From Octopus bimaculoides (Eukaryota), in assembly GCF_001194135.2 (NCBI RefSeq), contig NC_068981.1, positions 154,899,367 through 154,938,548 on the forward strand: a stretch of DNA of 39,182 nt, read 5' to 3'. A program made the position numbers and the translations under genes. Shown here piece after piece: positions 1 to 11,300 of this stretch; the stretch's first letter is position 1; each line of letters opens with the position of its first letter. The notes under the pieces were generated by a model. The model was given only the letters and a program-made list of their open reading frames with translations. It had not been told where the DNA came from and ran no database searches.

Positions 1-84
1 GGCTAGAAACCTTAATCCTAATTTCCTAATTTTCCCCTTCTATCAATGTTCAGAGAACACTTCAGTACAGCAATGAATGAATAA

Positions 85-210
85 AGAAGCAGATGGTTTC
101 AGATTCAGTCCCATTGCTAGCCTTTTGTGTGGATTTGACTGACAGAAACTGAAAGAAACCCATCATGTGCATGTGTGTGTGTGTGTGTGTATATGTGTAT
201 GTGTGTGTGT

Positions 211-250
<40 letters not shown>

Positions 251-472
251 ATTTGTGGTTCTTTGTCTTGCCATCACTTGAGAGTTACCAATGATGGCCA
301 TTGTCATACAAGCAGTGTTCTTTATTTTGCAATATTCTGTGAAAATATGTCTTTCTTGGAAACAGGTGAAAGTTGGTGAAATACAAAATTTGCCTCAATA
401 AATTCTGTCTAACCCATGCAAGTATGGAAAAATAAACATTAAAAGACGATGATGATGATGATGATGATGATA
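85..472 (+). mobile_element. SINE family A head (internally deleted) + (TG)n + RTE-type tail ending in (GAT)n
   Basis: Head matches other copies at 2303, 3780-3935 and 38300-38458 (TTCAGTCCCA...GTGGATTTG...GAAACTGAAAGAA). Tail AACCCATGCAAGTATGGAAAA...TTAAAA(GAT)n matches the 3' end of the RTE LINE at 27031-27075. Confidence 0.75.
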
Positions 473-2302
473 TAAATATATTCTCCCCCTTTCCGTCTCC
501 TCCAGCTCATCATCATAATCATCATCATAATCATCCTCCTCATCATCATCATTACCATCAGCATCATTATCATCATAATTCTATGCACATGGATTGGATG
601 GTTTCTTATAGTCTAAGTCAGTTCTTATTTGGAACTGATATGTCTAGATATGAACTAATTTGAACAATGATAACCTGGGAAAATTCTTAACTATGAAGCA
701 TAGAAAACACACAAAATACATTTGCATTTTATGCAGTGTCAAGAGACAATATTACAAGCAAAACTTTTTAACTATATTAATGGAAACTCTATTATTGCTT
801 TAGCTTCCTCACAACCTGCAAATATCTGTTATCACTGTGTTTCCATTAGTCTGACAATCACTTCACAGAGTGTACTGTGTACATTTTATCACGGCACCAG
901 TACTAGAGAGGTTACTTTGTCCTTGTCTAGACTAAAGAGTCCTTGATATTCCATGTGTCTCTGATCTTTTAAAGCACACACTTCACATGTTTGCAATAAC
1001 TTTATTATCATGAGACATTTTAGTTTGACTTTTAATTGTGATTTCTTTTTCTTGAGATATTGTTTTACATGAATCTGATGTTTGATGATAGTTTTGTTAG
1101 TTTCAGTTTTTCATGAAAAGGATTTAGCTAAAAAATATAAAAGACTCTATGAAATATGCATAATTTAATGATATAAGTAATGTTTATCGATACAGAAAAG
1201 AAGTACAGCTTTACTATATACCATTTACCTAAAATAAAACTGCTAAAATTTTTATGCCAATTTAAAGAAATATAACTATTATATTTTTATACAATGATAA
1301 TAGATAGAAGTAGTTTGTGAGTAACCTAAAGTAATAACAGAGTTTCTATTAATATGTATCAAAAATTTGCTTGAGTTTGTCTCTCAATACCCCATAAATT
1401 GCAATTATTGTTCTAACAGGCACTAGCAACCTGGTTGTATCATATTAAGAGCAGTTTTCAAGTAGATCATATTTTAACAAATTTTATTTGTAAACCAATA
1501 AGAGACTGTAGTTTCTTTATAGATTTATAGCAGATCTGTTGAATGTTTTTCCACTTTGTATATGCATTGTTCCATTTTTTGTTTTTTAGTTGTTTTCACT
1601 GAATTCTTTATATTGTCATATATTTTCCATTTCATAAAAGTGATCTTTGTTTGTTTTTTATTAAAAATAAAAGAGACTGTTTTATTAAAATACATAAAGT
1701 AGTTTTTGTTAGCTTATGCTTTTTTTCTTCTCTGTATCTTTATCTACTTGATAATAGGTTTATAGATTTTATCGAATATTAACCAATAGTTTCACTTAAG
1801 AAGTGATGTTTAATTGTTTGTTGTTTGAGTTTTTCATCCATACTTCTTGATTTGGAATATTCTCTGAAAACCAGCCTATTGATATATAGTCATAACCATT
1901 TCAAAGCTACATAAACAGGTTATCATATTATATTTGCCATTATCATCAATTTAATGTACAATATTTCTGTATGGTGTTAAATGCAATAGCAAGTTGGCTT
2001 CAAATGCAAAAGCAAAGAATTTTCCTTGCTTAATATAAAATTTAATTATGAATTTTAAAATTTCCTACAAGAAAAATATATTAATCTATATAAAGATTAA
2101 TAAATGAGAAATTGACTTTATTATTTCATTTGATGATAAAAGGAAAACGCACATTTTATTACAATATAAGCTGAAGTGAAATTTCTCTCCAAACTTGCAC
2201 AATGTTATTTGTATAAGCAGACACTAATAATCTATAATTTTGTATTTTTAAATTTAAGGAGCCACTTAAGAGGGGATTGCACATTTATACAAGCACATTA
2301 TA

Positions 2303-2875
2303 GGTGGAGGCATGGTTGTGCAGTTAAGCAGTTCACTTTGGAAGCACTTGATTAGAAGTTCAGTCCCACTGCATGGATGTTGTTGGCTAATACCCTATAC
2401 TACAGCTTTGAGTTGACCAATACCTTGTGGGTGAAATTGATGGATGAAAACTGAAGAAACCTGCTGTATGTGTGTGAGGTCATATTTCTTCTTCTCTTCA
2501 TGTGTGTCCATTGTTTGTAAACAAAAATAGATCGCTGTGTTGTTTGCTTGCAATCTACTACAAAATCGTCTCTGGACTTGTTGATGCTTCTGCACATGTT
2601 CAGATGGTATCATTTGTTTCTAGTTCTCTATAGAACATCTCTTTAATACAGGTTGTTTGTTGTTCAATAGACTAAGGGATTATTAACTTGTTCAGAAACA
2701 AGTGAGTGTTGGCATCAGGAAGGACATTCAGTCATAGAAAACATTGCCTCAGCATAGTCTTGTCACACTCATGCAAGCATGAAAAAGTAGGTATTAAAGC
2801 AGTGATGAGAATGATGCTGGTGGTGGTGGTGATTATGAAGGACGATAAGGATAATGAGGGATGATAATGATGATG

Positions 2876-2913
<38 letters not shown>

Positions 2914-2950
2914 AATGATGATGATGATGACGACAACGACTGAGATGATA
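2303..2950 (+). mobile_element. Degenerate SINE family A with RTE-type tail and (GAT)n
   Basis: GGCATGGTTGTGCAGTTAAG (A-box-like), AGTTCAGTCCCACTG (B-box-like); tail GTTGGCATCAGGAAGGACATTC...CATGCAAGCATGAAAAAG followed by a GAT tract at about 2860-2950. Confidence 0.65.
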
Positions 2951-3321
2951 ATAACTGGAATTTAGAAGGACTGAGATTTATCACCATTAATTCCAATTTC
3001 TTTAACATTATGCTTGGTTACCAATACAATTTCTGTAAAGTAAGCTGATTCAAAGTCACGTTGTGTTTAGTACAAGAATATCTTGGCGAAAATACAACTC
3101 TAGATTCTGGTAAAAACTAGATCATTAGTAGAATATATTTTGAAGCGTTTACTTTTACTCATGTTAGTAATAATGTCTTATATCTATTTATATCTATTTG
3201 AACTACTATATCTCAGTAAATCAACTTTCTTTTAAAGTTCAAATACAAATGTGTTAGCCACTGAGCAGTCCTCTCTCATCCATCTAATTTACATCATCAT
3301 TTCCCTATTTCTTGTCTATCT

Positions 3322-3935
3322 TCTATCATTTACTTGTTTCAGTCATTTTACTGTGGCCATACTGGGGCACTGTCTTGAAGGATTTTAGTCAAGCAAATTA
3401 ACCCCAGACTTACGAGTGGTGGTGCTGAAAAGTTCCTGGCTTTAAGGGTACAACAAAAGGCCTGGTTGGAAGCCCAACCTTCCAAGTTCTTTTACAGGGC
3501 TTAGAAAAACTGAAAGACTGCTGCAATAAGTGTCTGAATTTGAGAGGGGAATATGTTGAATAGAATTATAACTAACTGATCCTCTTGTATTCTTTTTAAA
3601 CCCAAAGTCAGGAACTTTTCAGCACCCATTCGTATTTTTTAGAGCTTAGTATTCATTCTATCAGTACCTTTTGCCATACCACTAAGTTATGGGGATGTAA
3701 ACACACCAACACCAGTTGTCAAGCAGTGGTGGGGGACAAACACAGACACAAAGACACACACACACACACACACACACATACACACACGACAAGCTTCTTT
3801 CAGTTTCCATCTACCAAATCCACTCACAAGGCTTTGGTCAGCCTGAGGCTGTAGCAGAGGACACTTGTCCAAGGTGCCATGCAGGACCATGTGGTTGAGA
3901 AGCAAACTTCTTATCACACAGCCATGTTGGCGTCT
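3322..3935 (-). mobile_element. SINE family A with tail type 1 (ends GACTGAAACAAGTAAA), interrupted by a mariner MITE
   Basis: Colinear with the copy at 6001-6264 and the tail at 23671-23770. CORE-like GGCACCTTGGACAAGTGTCCTCT on the minus strand, internal (CA)n. The SINE sequence rejoins across the MITE. Confidence 0.85.
3413..3632 (+). mobile_element. Mariner-derived MITE (220 bp)
   Basis: TIRs CGAGTGGTGGTGCTGAAAAGTTCCTGGCTTT and AAAGTCAGGAACTTTTCAGCACCCATTCG; TA duplicated at 3411-3412 and 3633-3634. The interior encodes a mariner C-terminus, LQGLEKLKDCCNKCLNLRGEYVE*. Confidence 0.9.
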
Positions 3936-4199
3936 ATTTGTAGTTTTATTTTACATCTCCGCCCCACTTTATTTACTACCATATATCATCTTCTGACCAT
4001 TCCTAATTTTGTTACTTTCCCCACAAACTGAGATCCACTATTGCCCATACCTCCACCTAAATTCATTTTCTACCACTCACCTTTTACACTCATAGGAACT
4101 CATCTACCTACCCATTCATCCTTGTTTTCTGTTCCTATTCTCTCTCTATTCACCTTCATGTATTATGAAGATATCACCACCATCTTTGCTCCCCTTCCA

Positions 4200-4510
4200 G
4201 CTTGGGTAGTCGTGTATCTCGTCTACAGCAAGACACCTGTTCTTGTCCCCCTATCATATTCTAGCTCTCAACACCTAGCATAGAGCCACCTCTCTCAATA
4301 CTGCACCTCAACTCTTTTTTGAGGGATCTTGTCTTGCAAGTTACTTGGTGCTCTAACTTGTGTTAATGTCTCGAGAAAAGTATGTAATTCTCTGTAAAGT
4401 GGCTGGCATTAGGAAAGCATCCAGCTACCAAACACCTTGCCAAAGCAGAAAATGAAGTTTGACACAGTCAGATTCCATTGAACCATCGAAACCATGCTAG
4501 CAGGGAAAAC
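4200..4510 (+). mobile_element. RTE-tail retroposon, family B (3' fragment)
   Basis: CTTGTCTTGCAAGTTACTTGG, GTGGCTGGCATTAGGAAAGCATCCAGCT and AAACCATGCTAGCAGGGAAA match the reverse complements of 24618-25270 and 13355-13640. Confidence 0.65.
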
Positions 4511-4748
4511 AACAATGACGATGACAGTAATGTCAACAATGATGATGATGATGATGACGATGACGATGACGACGACGACGACGATGATGACAATGATGAT
4601 AATGATGATGATGATGGCGATGACGATGATGATGACGATGATAATGACAATGATGATGATGATGATGATGATGATGACGACGACGACGATGACAACGATG
4701 ATGATGATGATGACGACGATGATGATGACGATGATGACGATGATGACA

Positions 4749-4779
<31 letters not shown>

Positions 4780-4813
4780 CGATGATGATGACGATGATGA
4801 CAATGATGACGAC

Positions 4814-4857
<44 letters not shown>

Positions 4858-4889
4858 GGAGGAGGAGGAGGAGGAGGAGGAGGAGGAGG
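4510..4889. repeat. Expanded (GAT/GAC/AAT)n trinucleotide tract ending in (GAG)n
   Basis: Directly visible; about 380 bp in register; lies at the 3' tail of the preceding retroposon. Confidence 0.95.
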
Positions 4890-5925
4890 ATTCAGTGTAT
4901 CTGCAGACAGTTAACGAACAGCTACTCATTGACGAAATCCCAATAAAAAACTGGAAACAGTCCAGCTGATAAACGCATTTTTTTCTGTCCATAGAAAGAT
5001 TGTATATATTGGCAGGTAACTGTGTTCAAGATGTGCTCCATAGTACATTATACCATCATTCTAGTCATAAATAAGATACATCTAAACCTTTCAAACTCAC
5101 TACAAATGCTCTGTTGATATTTCCCTCAATAACATAACAATGATTTAAGGTCCAAAAACACTTCAATAATTAACAGTTTCACATCCCCTTCAAGTCACAC
5201 TACAGTGCTCCTAACATATTTACAACAGAGTAACTATCTATACAAAACAAGTTTATACACAAGCAATTCCTCTATAACGTCTTTCTGTATTTTTAAAATA
5301 TTTTCCATTTTGCTTTTTGCTGCTTCTGTTTTTATAATAACCTCTGACTTTTCTAAACAGAAAAAAATATAACTTATCTGCTTATGCCCACATACTCATT
5401 TTAGCTATATTCAAACTGTGCATCCATCTCTATTTCAACATTCTTGTTGCATTTCTCTCTCCATAACTCAAATTTTATCACCATAACAACCAAATTGACC
5501 ATGGCACTTTGCAAGTACTTTTTGAATTTTATTTTTTTCTATAATCTAAAACTACTTGAGTTATAAACAGCTAACAAGGTTTTTATTTATCTAGTTCTAT
5601 AACATTATGGCAAGCACCATAGATAACTCCTATGTGTTGAGCCTACAATCTGGTTTCAGATTATTGTTGTAACTATTTTTCGGTTATGTTATTAATTATG
5701 AATGAATTAACTGCTGAGAATTTCAGTGCAAATTGATGTTCTCTGTTTTCCTTTATTTCCATTCAGTGCTGTTCTATATTTCGGCCTATCCTAAGATTGT
5801 TCCATCTGTTTGTCAGTTTTCCCATTACCAGTGAGATTGCTGGTCTCACTCACTAAACCCTTCTCTAGTTCAGGAGAAAGGAATACTGTGAGTGGCCTCT
5901 CATGATTCTTCCTACAGAACAGAGT

Positions 5926-5972
<47 letters not shown>

Positions 5973-6000
5973 CAGACAGACAAATATTCTTTTATTGTTA

Positions 6001-6264
6001 TTCTTTTACTTATTTCAGTCATTTGACTGTGGCCATGCTGGAGCACTGCCTAGTACTTATTCTATCAGCCTCTCTTGCTGAACTGCTAAGTTACGGGAAC
6101 ATAAACACAACAACATCGGTTGTCAAGTGAGGTGGGTGGACAAACACAGACACACACATATACACATATATATACACGATGGGCTTCTTTCAGTTTCCAT
6201 CTACCAAATCCACTCACAAGACTTTGGCTGGTTGGAGGCTATAATAGAAAACACTTGCCCAAGG
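6001..6264 (-). mobile_element. SINE family A, tail type 1, head truncated
   Basis: Colinear with 3322-3935 without the MITE; stops abruptly at ACACTTGCCCAAGG. Confidence 0.85.
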
Positions 6265-6900
6265 CGCAAACTTCAACATTTTCAAAAACTTAAAATCTAT
6301 ATTAATGGGTAGGACCAATTTGACAAAAAAATGAGCAGAGTCTGGTAGCGAACCCGTGTCATCGTCATTTTTGTGCATGTGTGTAAAATGGTGAAATTTT
6401 ATGCTTTGGGGCAGATTTCGGCAAATTGATGTCACAATGGCTGGTGTGCAAAATGCCTAAATTTTGCTTGAGAAATAAAATGCTCTAACCTAATGAAAAC
6501 CTGATATGCTGTGGAATTAAAACAACGAATTGAAATAATAAGTTTTAGCAAATCAAAACAACTCGCATTGAAATGAAGAATTAGCAAATTCTAAATAAAT
6601 TACCATTAGTAAGCTGTCTGTTTATACCCATGAAACATTTTTTGTAAAATTTCGGCATTTTTTGTCAAATTGATGTCAACGATGGCTAGTGCGGAAAATG
6701 CTGAAATTTTACAATTTTTGAAAAATCGATGCTGATTAAAATTTTTTTTTTAATTCCAAGTGGATACGTGACTGCATGGGCTTAAGCCCCACACATGTGT
6801 CAAAGTTTCATCAAGGTCTGTTGGATAGTCTCAGAGGAGTTAAAGTAACAAATTCGCAAACACACAAACCAGTCATTTATTATTATATACATACATACAT
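6265..6900 (+). mobile_element. Possible non-autonomous Helitron-like element
   Basis: CpG-richer than its flanks; internal direct repeat (6414-6465 vs 6649-6710). The 3' part CAAAGTTTCATCAAGGTCTGTTGGATAGT...GTAACAAATTCGCAAACACACAAAC...TTTATTATTATATAC resembles, from memory, the end of Lep1-type Helitron derivatives. No TIRs found. Confidence 0.45.
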
Positions 6901-7458
6901 AATGTATATGGTGTGTGATGAGAATTTATGGAAAGGTGTCCCTAAAAGTTTTGGTTTTTTTCACAACTAGACTCAACAACAATTTTTTTAGTACCCTCTT
7001 GATCTTTCATAAGGATAAAATATGTATATCCGAATATGTTGTTTGCTATTTCTTCCATCAAGTCTTCTGTAACAATAATAATAATTTTTTTGATGTATTC
7101 TTTTTTGCACTGAGGAGAACAGTGATATGTAATTAATTTAATTAATTTAATTTTAATTTAATTAATTTCTAATTATTCTACCATGTTATTTACATGTTAA
7201 TATCACTTTTCCAAACGCTCATATGCATGTATTAAAATTATTTTTCAAATCTTAACATCTTCTCCATCTTTAACAGTTTGCCGAGTTTCTATGGAATACC
7301 TTTCCATAAATTCTCATCACATACCATATACATGTAATAATTTCATATTTGCAAAAATCTTACGCCAGTAAGCTACCAACGAAATATGAAGAATCTTTGT
7401 AAGATATTGCCCTTTGGAACCCTCCAAAGTAAAGGATGAAATAGAACTCAACCTTTTC

Positions 7459-7482
7459 ACACACACACACACACACATATAC

Positions 7483-7533
<51 letters not shown>
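7459..7533. repeat. Compound microsatellite (CA)n(TA)n(GA)n
   Basis: Directly visible. Confidence 0.95.
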
Positions 7534-7536
<3 letters not shown>

Positions 7537-7544
7537 CGCAAAGA

Positions 7545-7690
7545 ACTTGCTCAACTTCTTGACTGGTACATTAATTATTGATTCTCAAAAAGGATGAAAA
7601 GCAAAGTTGAGTTTGGTAGGATTTGAACTCAGAATGTGGAGAACTGGAACAAATATCACAATGTATTCTATCTGATGCACTGACAATCAA
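7545..7690 (-). mobile_element. Decayed SINE family B
   Basis: AAGGATGAAAAGCAAAGTTGAG...GATTTGAACTCAGAATGT matches the copies at 19212-19886. Confidence 0.7.
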
Positions 7691-8089
7691 AATTTCAAGA
7701 AAAATATAGTTACTTATATTTTAATGATGTTAAAATTATAAATTTTAATGATGTTTAAAATTTAAAAAAAGGTAGTTTTTTTTAATAAATAACTGCTGCA
7801 ATAAATAAAATAAATAAATTCAGTAAATATATTACATAAGAATGTTTGCATGATAAACTTCCAGAAGGTTCTTTTAATAAAAGAGAAGAAACAAAAAAAT
7901 ATTTAGAGAAACAAGATGAACTGTATATCTAATTTTACTTATGCTAATGGAAAAGTTATAAAAAGTTTATTCTTCATAACTAGGTAAATCTAGAAATAGC
8001 TCGATATTTAGAAATGCATAGTTTTAAAGTATTGAAAAAAAAAAAAGAGAAGTTATGATCCCTGGGGGTGATAAGCTATTGCAGTAACT

Positions 8090-8420
8090 TGAAAAATGAA
8101 CCACTGTTACTAAGTGGTTTGAAGTCATGCTGCTGCTACCAAATAAAGATTGTTCTTGGCAAAAAATATAAGCTTTTTTCTATTGAGATGAGAGTAATGT
8201 TTTCACTGACAATGATTCTGGTCGGCAGCTTCTAAGAAGTTTTTCCAATTTAGCTTGGATAAAAGTAAGCTGTTTATTGATTGTTGATGGTGACATGTTG
8301 CTTCATTGCACAATATGCTATTTATCTATGGCAGAAGATGTTGTTTTGCACTTTGGCTTCCACAGACAGAATTGTGTGCTCATAAGCATACAGATTAGAT
8401 AATATTTTATCATGATTCAA
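8090..8420 (-). pseudogene. Possible very old mariner transposase relic
   Basis: A minus frame gives ILCNEATCH...LLSKLNWKNF...LIFFAKNN, loosely like mariner LLHDNARPH...KLLELGWEVL...SFFASKN. No TIRs seen. Confidence 0.3.
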
Positions 8421-9168
8421 ATATTAAAGTCAATGCATTATATTCAAATACTAACCACTGACATAGCATTAATGTCAAAATAAAAAAAAAAATTTTTAAT
8501 TACACAGATTATAACATAAGAATTATATACATCTTAATGTATACAAAAATAAATGTATTTAATAAATAATAATGCTTTCAAATAATTTTTTCCCATTGCT
8601 TTTATCATACTTGTCAGTGTCAACATCATCATCGTCGGCACTATCCTCGTCATTATCATCATCACTATCATCGTCGTCGTCGTCATCATCATCATCATCA
8701 TCATCATCCTCATCATCATCCTCATCATAAGCTCTCTTTTCATGCTGATATGAAAATTCCTTGTTTTTTTTTTTTGTTTTGTTATTGTAGCAGCTGTAAC
8801 CAGGTTCATTTTACTAGGTTTCCATTTGAATAGAAGCATCCTGTATGCTGTTTCCTGGGAATTTCATGCATTGTGAGCTTACAACTAGATTCTATGACTC
8901 CTCAACTACAACTTGTGACTTCTCAACAAGTATTACAGTATCGTTTATTTTATATTACAATTTGTGAACAATGGTGTTATAGATTGCAGGTTTCCAACAG
9001 GCCAGCCACTGATTCACAGCTTTTTCTGAAGGTGAAGGAGACATGAAAGTGTACCTAACACAATGCAGAACAAATATCTCAATGAACTTCATTCTTCAGA
9101 CATCATTTTTGGTTTGTTTGGAGATTTTTTACTGATGTTTATATTCTTCAAAGATATACATCAGTAAG

Positions 9169-9470
<302 letters not shown>

Positions 9471-9589
9471 ATGCTGACACATCTGTGTGCACTCACATGA
9501 TGAGTTTCTACAATTTCTGTACACTCCAATTCCCCTAACCTGTTACTGGTCTGAGACAATAGAAGACACCAGCTCAAAATATCGTGCAA

Positions 9590-9912
9590 TGGCCCAGCTC
9601 TCTGCCAGTTATGATGACAAGTGTTTCAATTAATTTGATCAACAGAATAACTTGCTTGTAAAATTAACATGAAAGTAGAGGAGCACTCCACAGATGCCTT
9701 TACCTTTAACATAGTTCTCAGAGAGATTCAGCATGACAAAGAATTTGACAAGGCTGGTCCCTTTAAATTACAGGTGCAACTCATTTTTGCCAGCTGAGTG
9801 AACCAGAGCAATGAGAACTAAAGTGTCTTGCTCAAGGGTACAGTGCACCATTAGGAATCACACTCACAACTTTACAATCATAACCCAAATACCCCAACCC
9901 CTAAGTCACACA
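9590..9912 (-). mobile_element. tRNA-derived SINE family C, next to a family A relic (about 9480-9590)
   Basis: The minus strand begins GTGACTTAGGGGTTGGGGTATT (A-box-like) ... GTGAGTGTGATTCCT (B-box-like), then CCTTGAGCAAGACACTTTA...CACTCAGCTGGCAAAAATGAGT. Single copy in the window. Confidence 0.65.
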
Positions 9913-9934
9913 AATGGAATTTTTCATGGACTGT

Positions 9935-10315
9935 CATCATTATTATCATTATCGTTTAATATCTGCTTTTCCATGGTTTGGATGGTTTGACTGAGGACTG
10001 GCAAGCCAGGAGGCTGCACCAGGCCCCAATCTGATCTAGCAAGGTTTCTAAAGCTGGATGCCCTTCCTAACACCAACCACTCCGAGAGGGTAGTGGGTTC
10101 TTTTTATGTGCCACTGGCATGGTGGCCAGTCAGGCGGCACTGGCGTCAACCATGCTAGAATAGTGCTTTTTACATGTTGCCAGCACAGTGGCCAGTCAGG
10201 CAGCACTGGCATCGACCATGCTCAAATGGTGCTTTTTATGTGCCACTGGCATGGGAACCAGTCAGGCAGTACTGGCATCAGTCATGCTCGAATGGTGCTT
10301 TTACATGTCACCAGC
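9935..10315 (-). mobile_element. 5'-truncated RTE LINE 3'UTR with about 3.4 copies of a 66-bp unit
   Basis: Colinear with 27031-27420; (CAT)n tail; GCTGGATGCCCTTCCTAACACCAACCACTCCG; tandem GGTGCTTTTTATGTGCCACTGGCA...CATGCTCGAAT units. Confidence 0.85.
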
Positions 10316-10699
10316 AACTGTGAGTTGTGAAATGAATTTCTTGAGCATATAGCCATATCTGCATCCATAAGACCATAAGATGTTAAGAGCTCATAAATGA
10401 TTTGCTAATGATAAAGTCTTTCTCTAACTTTCTAACTCCATTTCTATTATTATTTCTATTGCAACACATTCATCATTGATGAAACCAACCCCACCCCCAC
10501 AACCACCACCACCACCACCACCACAGGGTCACAGGTGATGAAAGCTATGCATTAATCAAAAATTTGAACTCAAAACCAATACATGTATTAAAACAATATA
10601 ATAATTAAAAAGTAATACTAGAAACAGGTGTCACTGGTAAAATTACGATCATATGATAGGTGGCAGTCACTGTTGTAATCCTTATCGTCACCATCATTG

Positions 10700-10753
<54 letters not shown>

Positions 10754-11119
10754 ATAACAACAATAACAACAATCAGCTACAATTTTCACTTTGCATTAGA
10801 TAGGGTGACAGATGTACAACTTACCTCATTCACTCATTTGTGTTGTAAGTACTTCAGCAGTGACAGTATGAATGTCCTTCACCAGGATCTTCACCATTTT
10901 TCTAGAAGATTAATCCTTGTTCGTCCTACTGTAGGCTGGTTCCCAGATGATGAATCAATGGAGAGGCAATGAGGAAGGAGTCTTGAGCAATACACAGAAA
11001 TCCGTAACCATTTTCTTGCTAGCTTGTTAAACTGAAAGTTATAGACAAAATTGTAAAATTATTTTAGATGAAAATAGATTAAACAAGACAAAGCAAATAA
11101 TAAGAATTTATTTTCAGCC

Positions 11120-11300
11120 TTGACACATAGCCAGTAATTTTTGGAAGTGGGTTGTTGACAATTATGTCTAATGTGATACTAATTTTATCAAACCCTAGAA
11201 GAATGGAAGTAGAAGTTAACAGTAGTCGGATTTGAACCTGAAATGTAAAGAGACATGATTAAATATGGTAAGATATTCTGTCCTCCACTCTGCTGATTTT
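11120..11300 (-). mobile_element. Highly decayed SINE family B
   Basis: TTTTATCAAACCCTAGAAGAATGGAAG...GGATTTGAACCTGAAATGTAAAG resembles the family B consensus seen at 19212-19886. Confidence 0.5.

Noticed and set aside
1108-1178. FHEKDLAKKYKRLYEIC, matching TRPC E-x6-Y-x2-L-x3-C spacing, and TRP-like snippets at 20460-20770
   Set aside because: Short patterns expected by chance once TRP was hypothesised; they run into stops without a usable donor, and the downstream snippets are out of order.
2303-2380. tRNA genes at A/B-box-like sequences (also 9850-9912, 19300-19860 and 38390-38458)
   Set aside because: They are SINE heads continuing into SINE bodies; no complete cloverleaf.
4468-4992. 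Poly-Asp/Glu, poly-Met and poly-Ser ORFs (150-174 aa)
   Set aside because: All are translations of one GAT/GAC microsatellite that is open in several frames; no coding evidence.
10090-10315. CRISPR-like appearance of the 66-bp tandem units (also 23985-24240 and 27170-27420)
   Set aside because: The units are wholly homologous with no unique spacers, there are no cas genes, and they lie in a LINE 3'UTR in a eukaryotic context.
10824-11031. Minus-strand exon candidate with AG|GTAAGT donor; in-frame TGA considered as selenocysteine
   Set aside because: Stops occur in all three frames; no selenoprotein motif or SECIS recognised.
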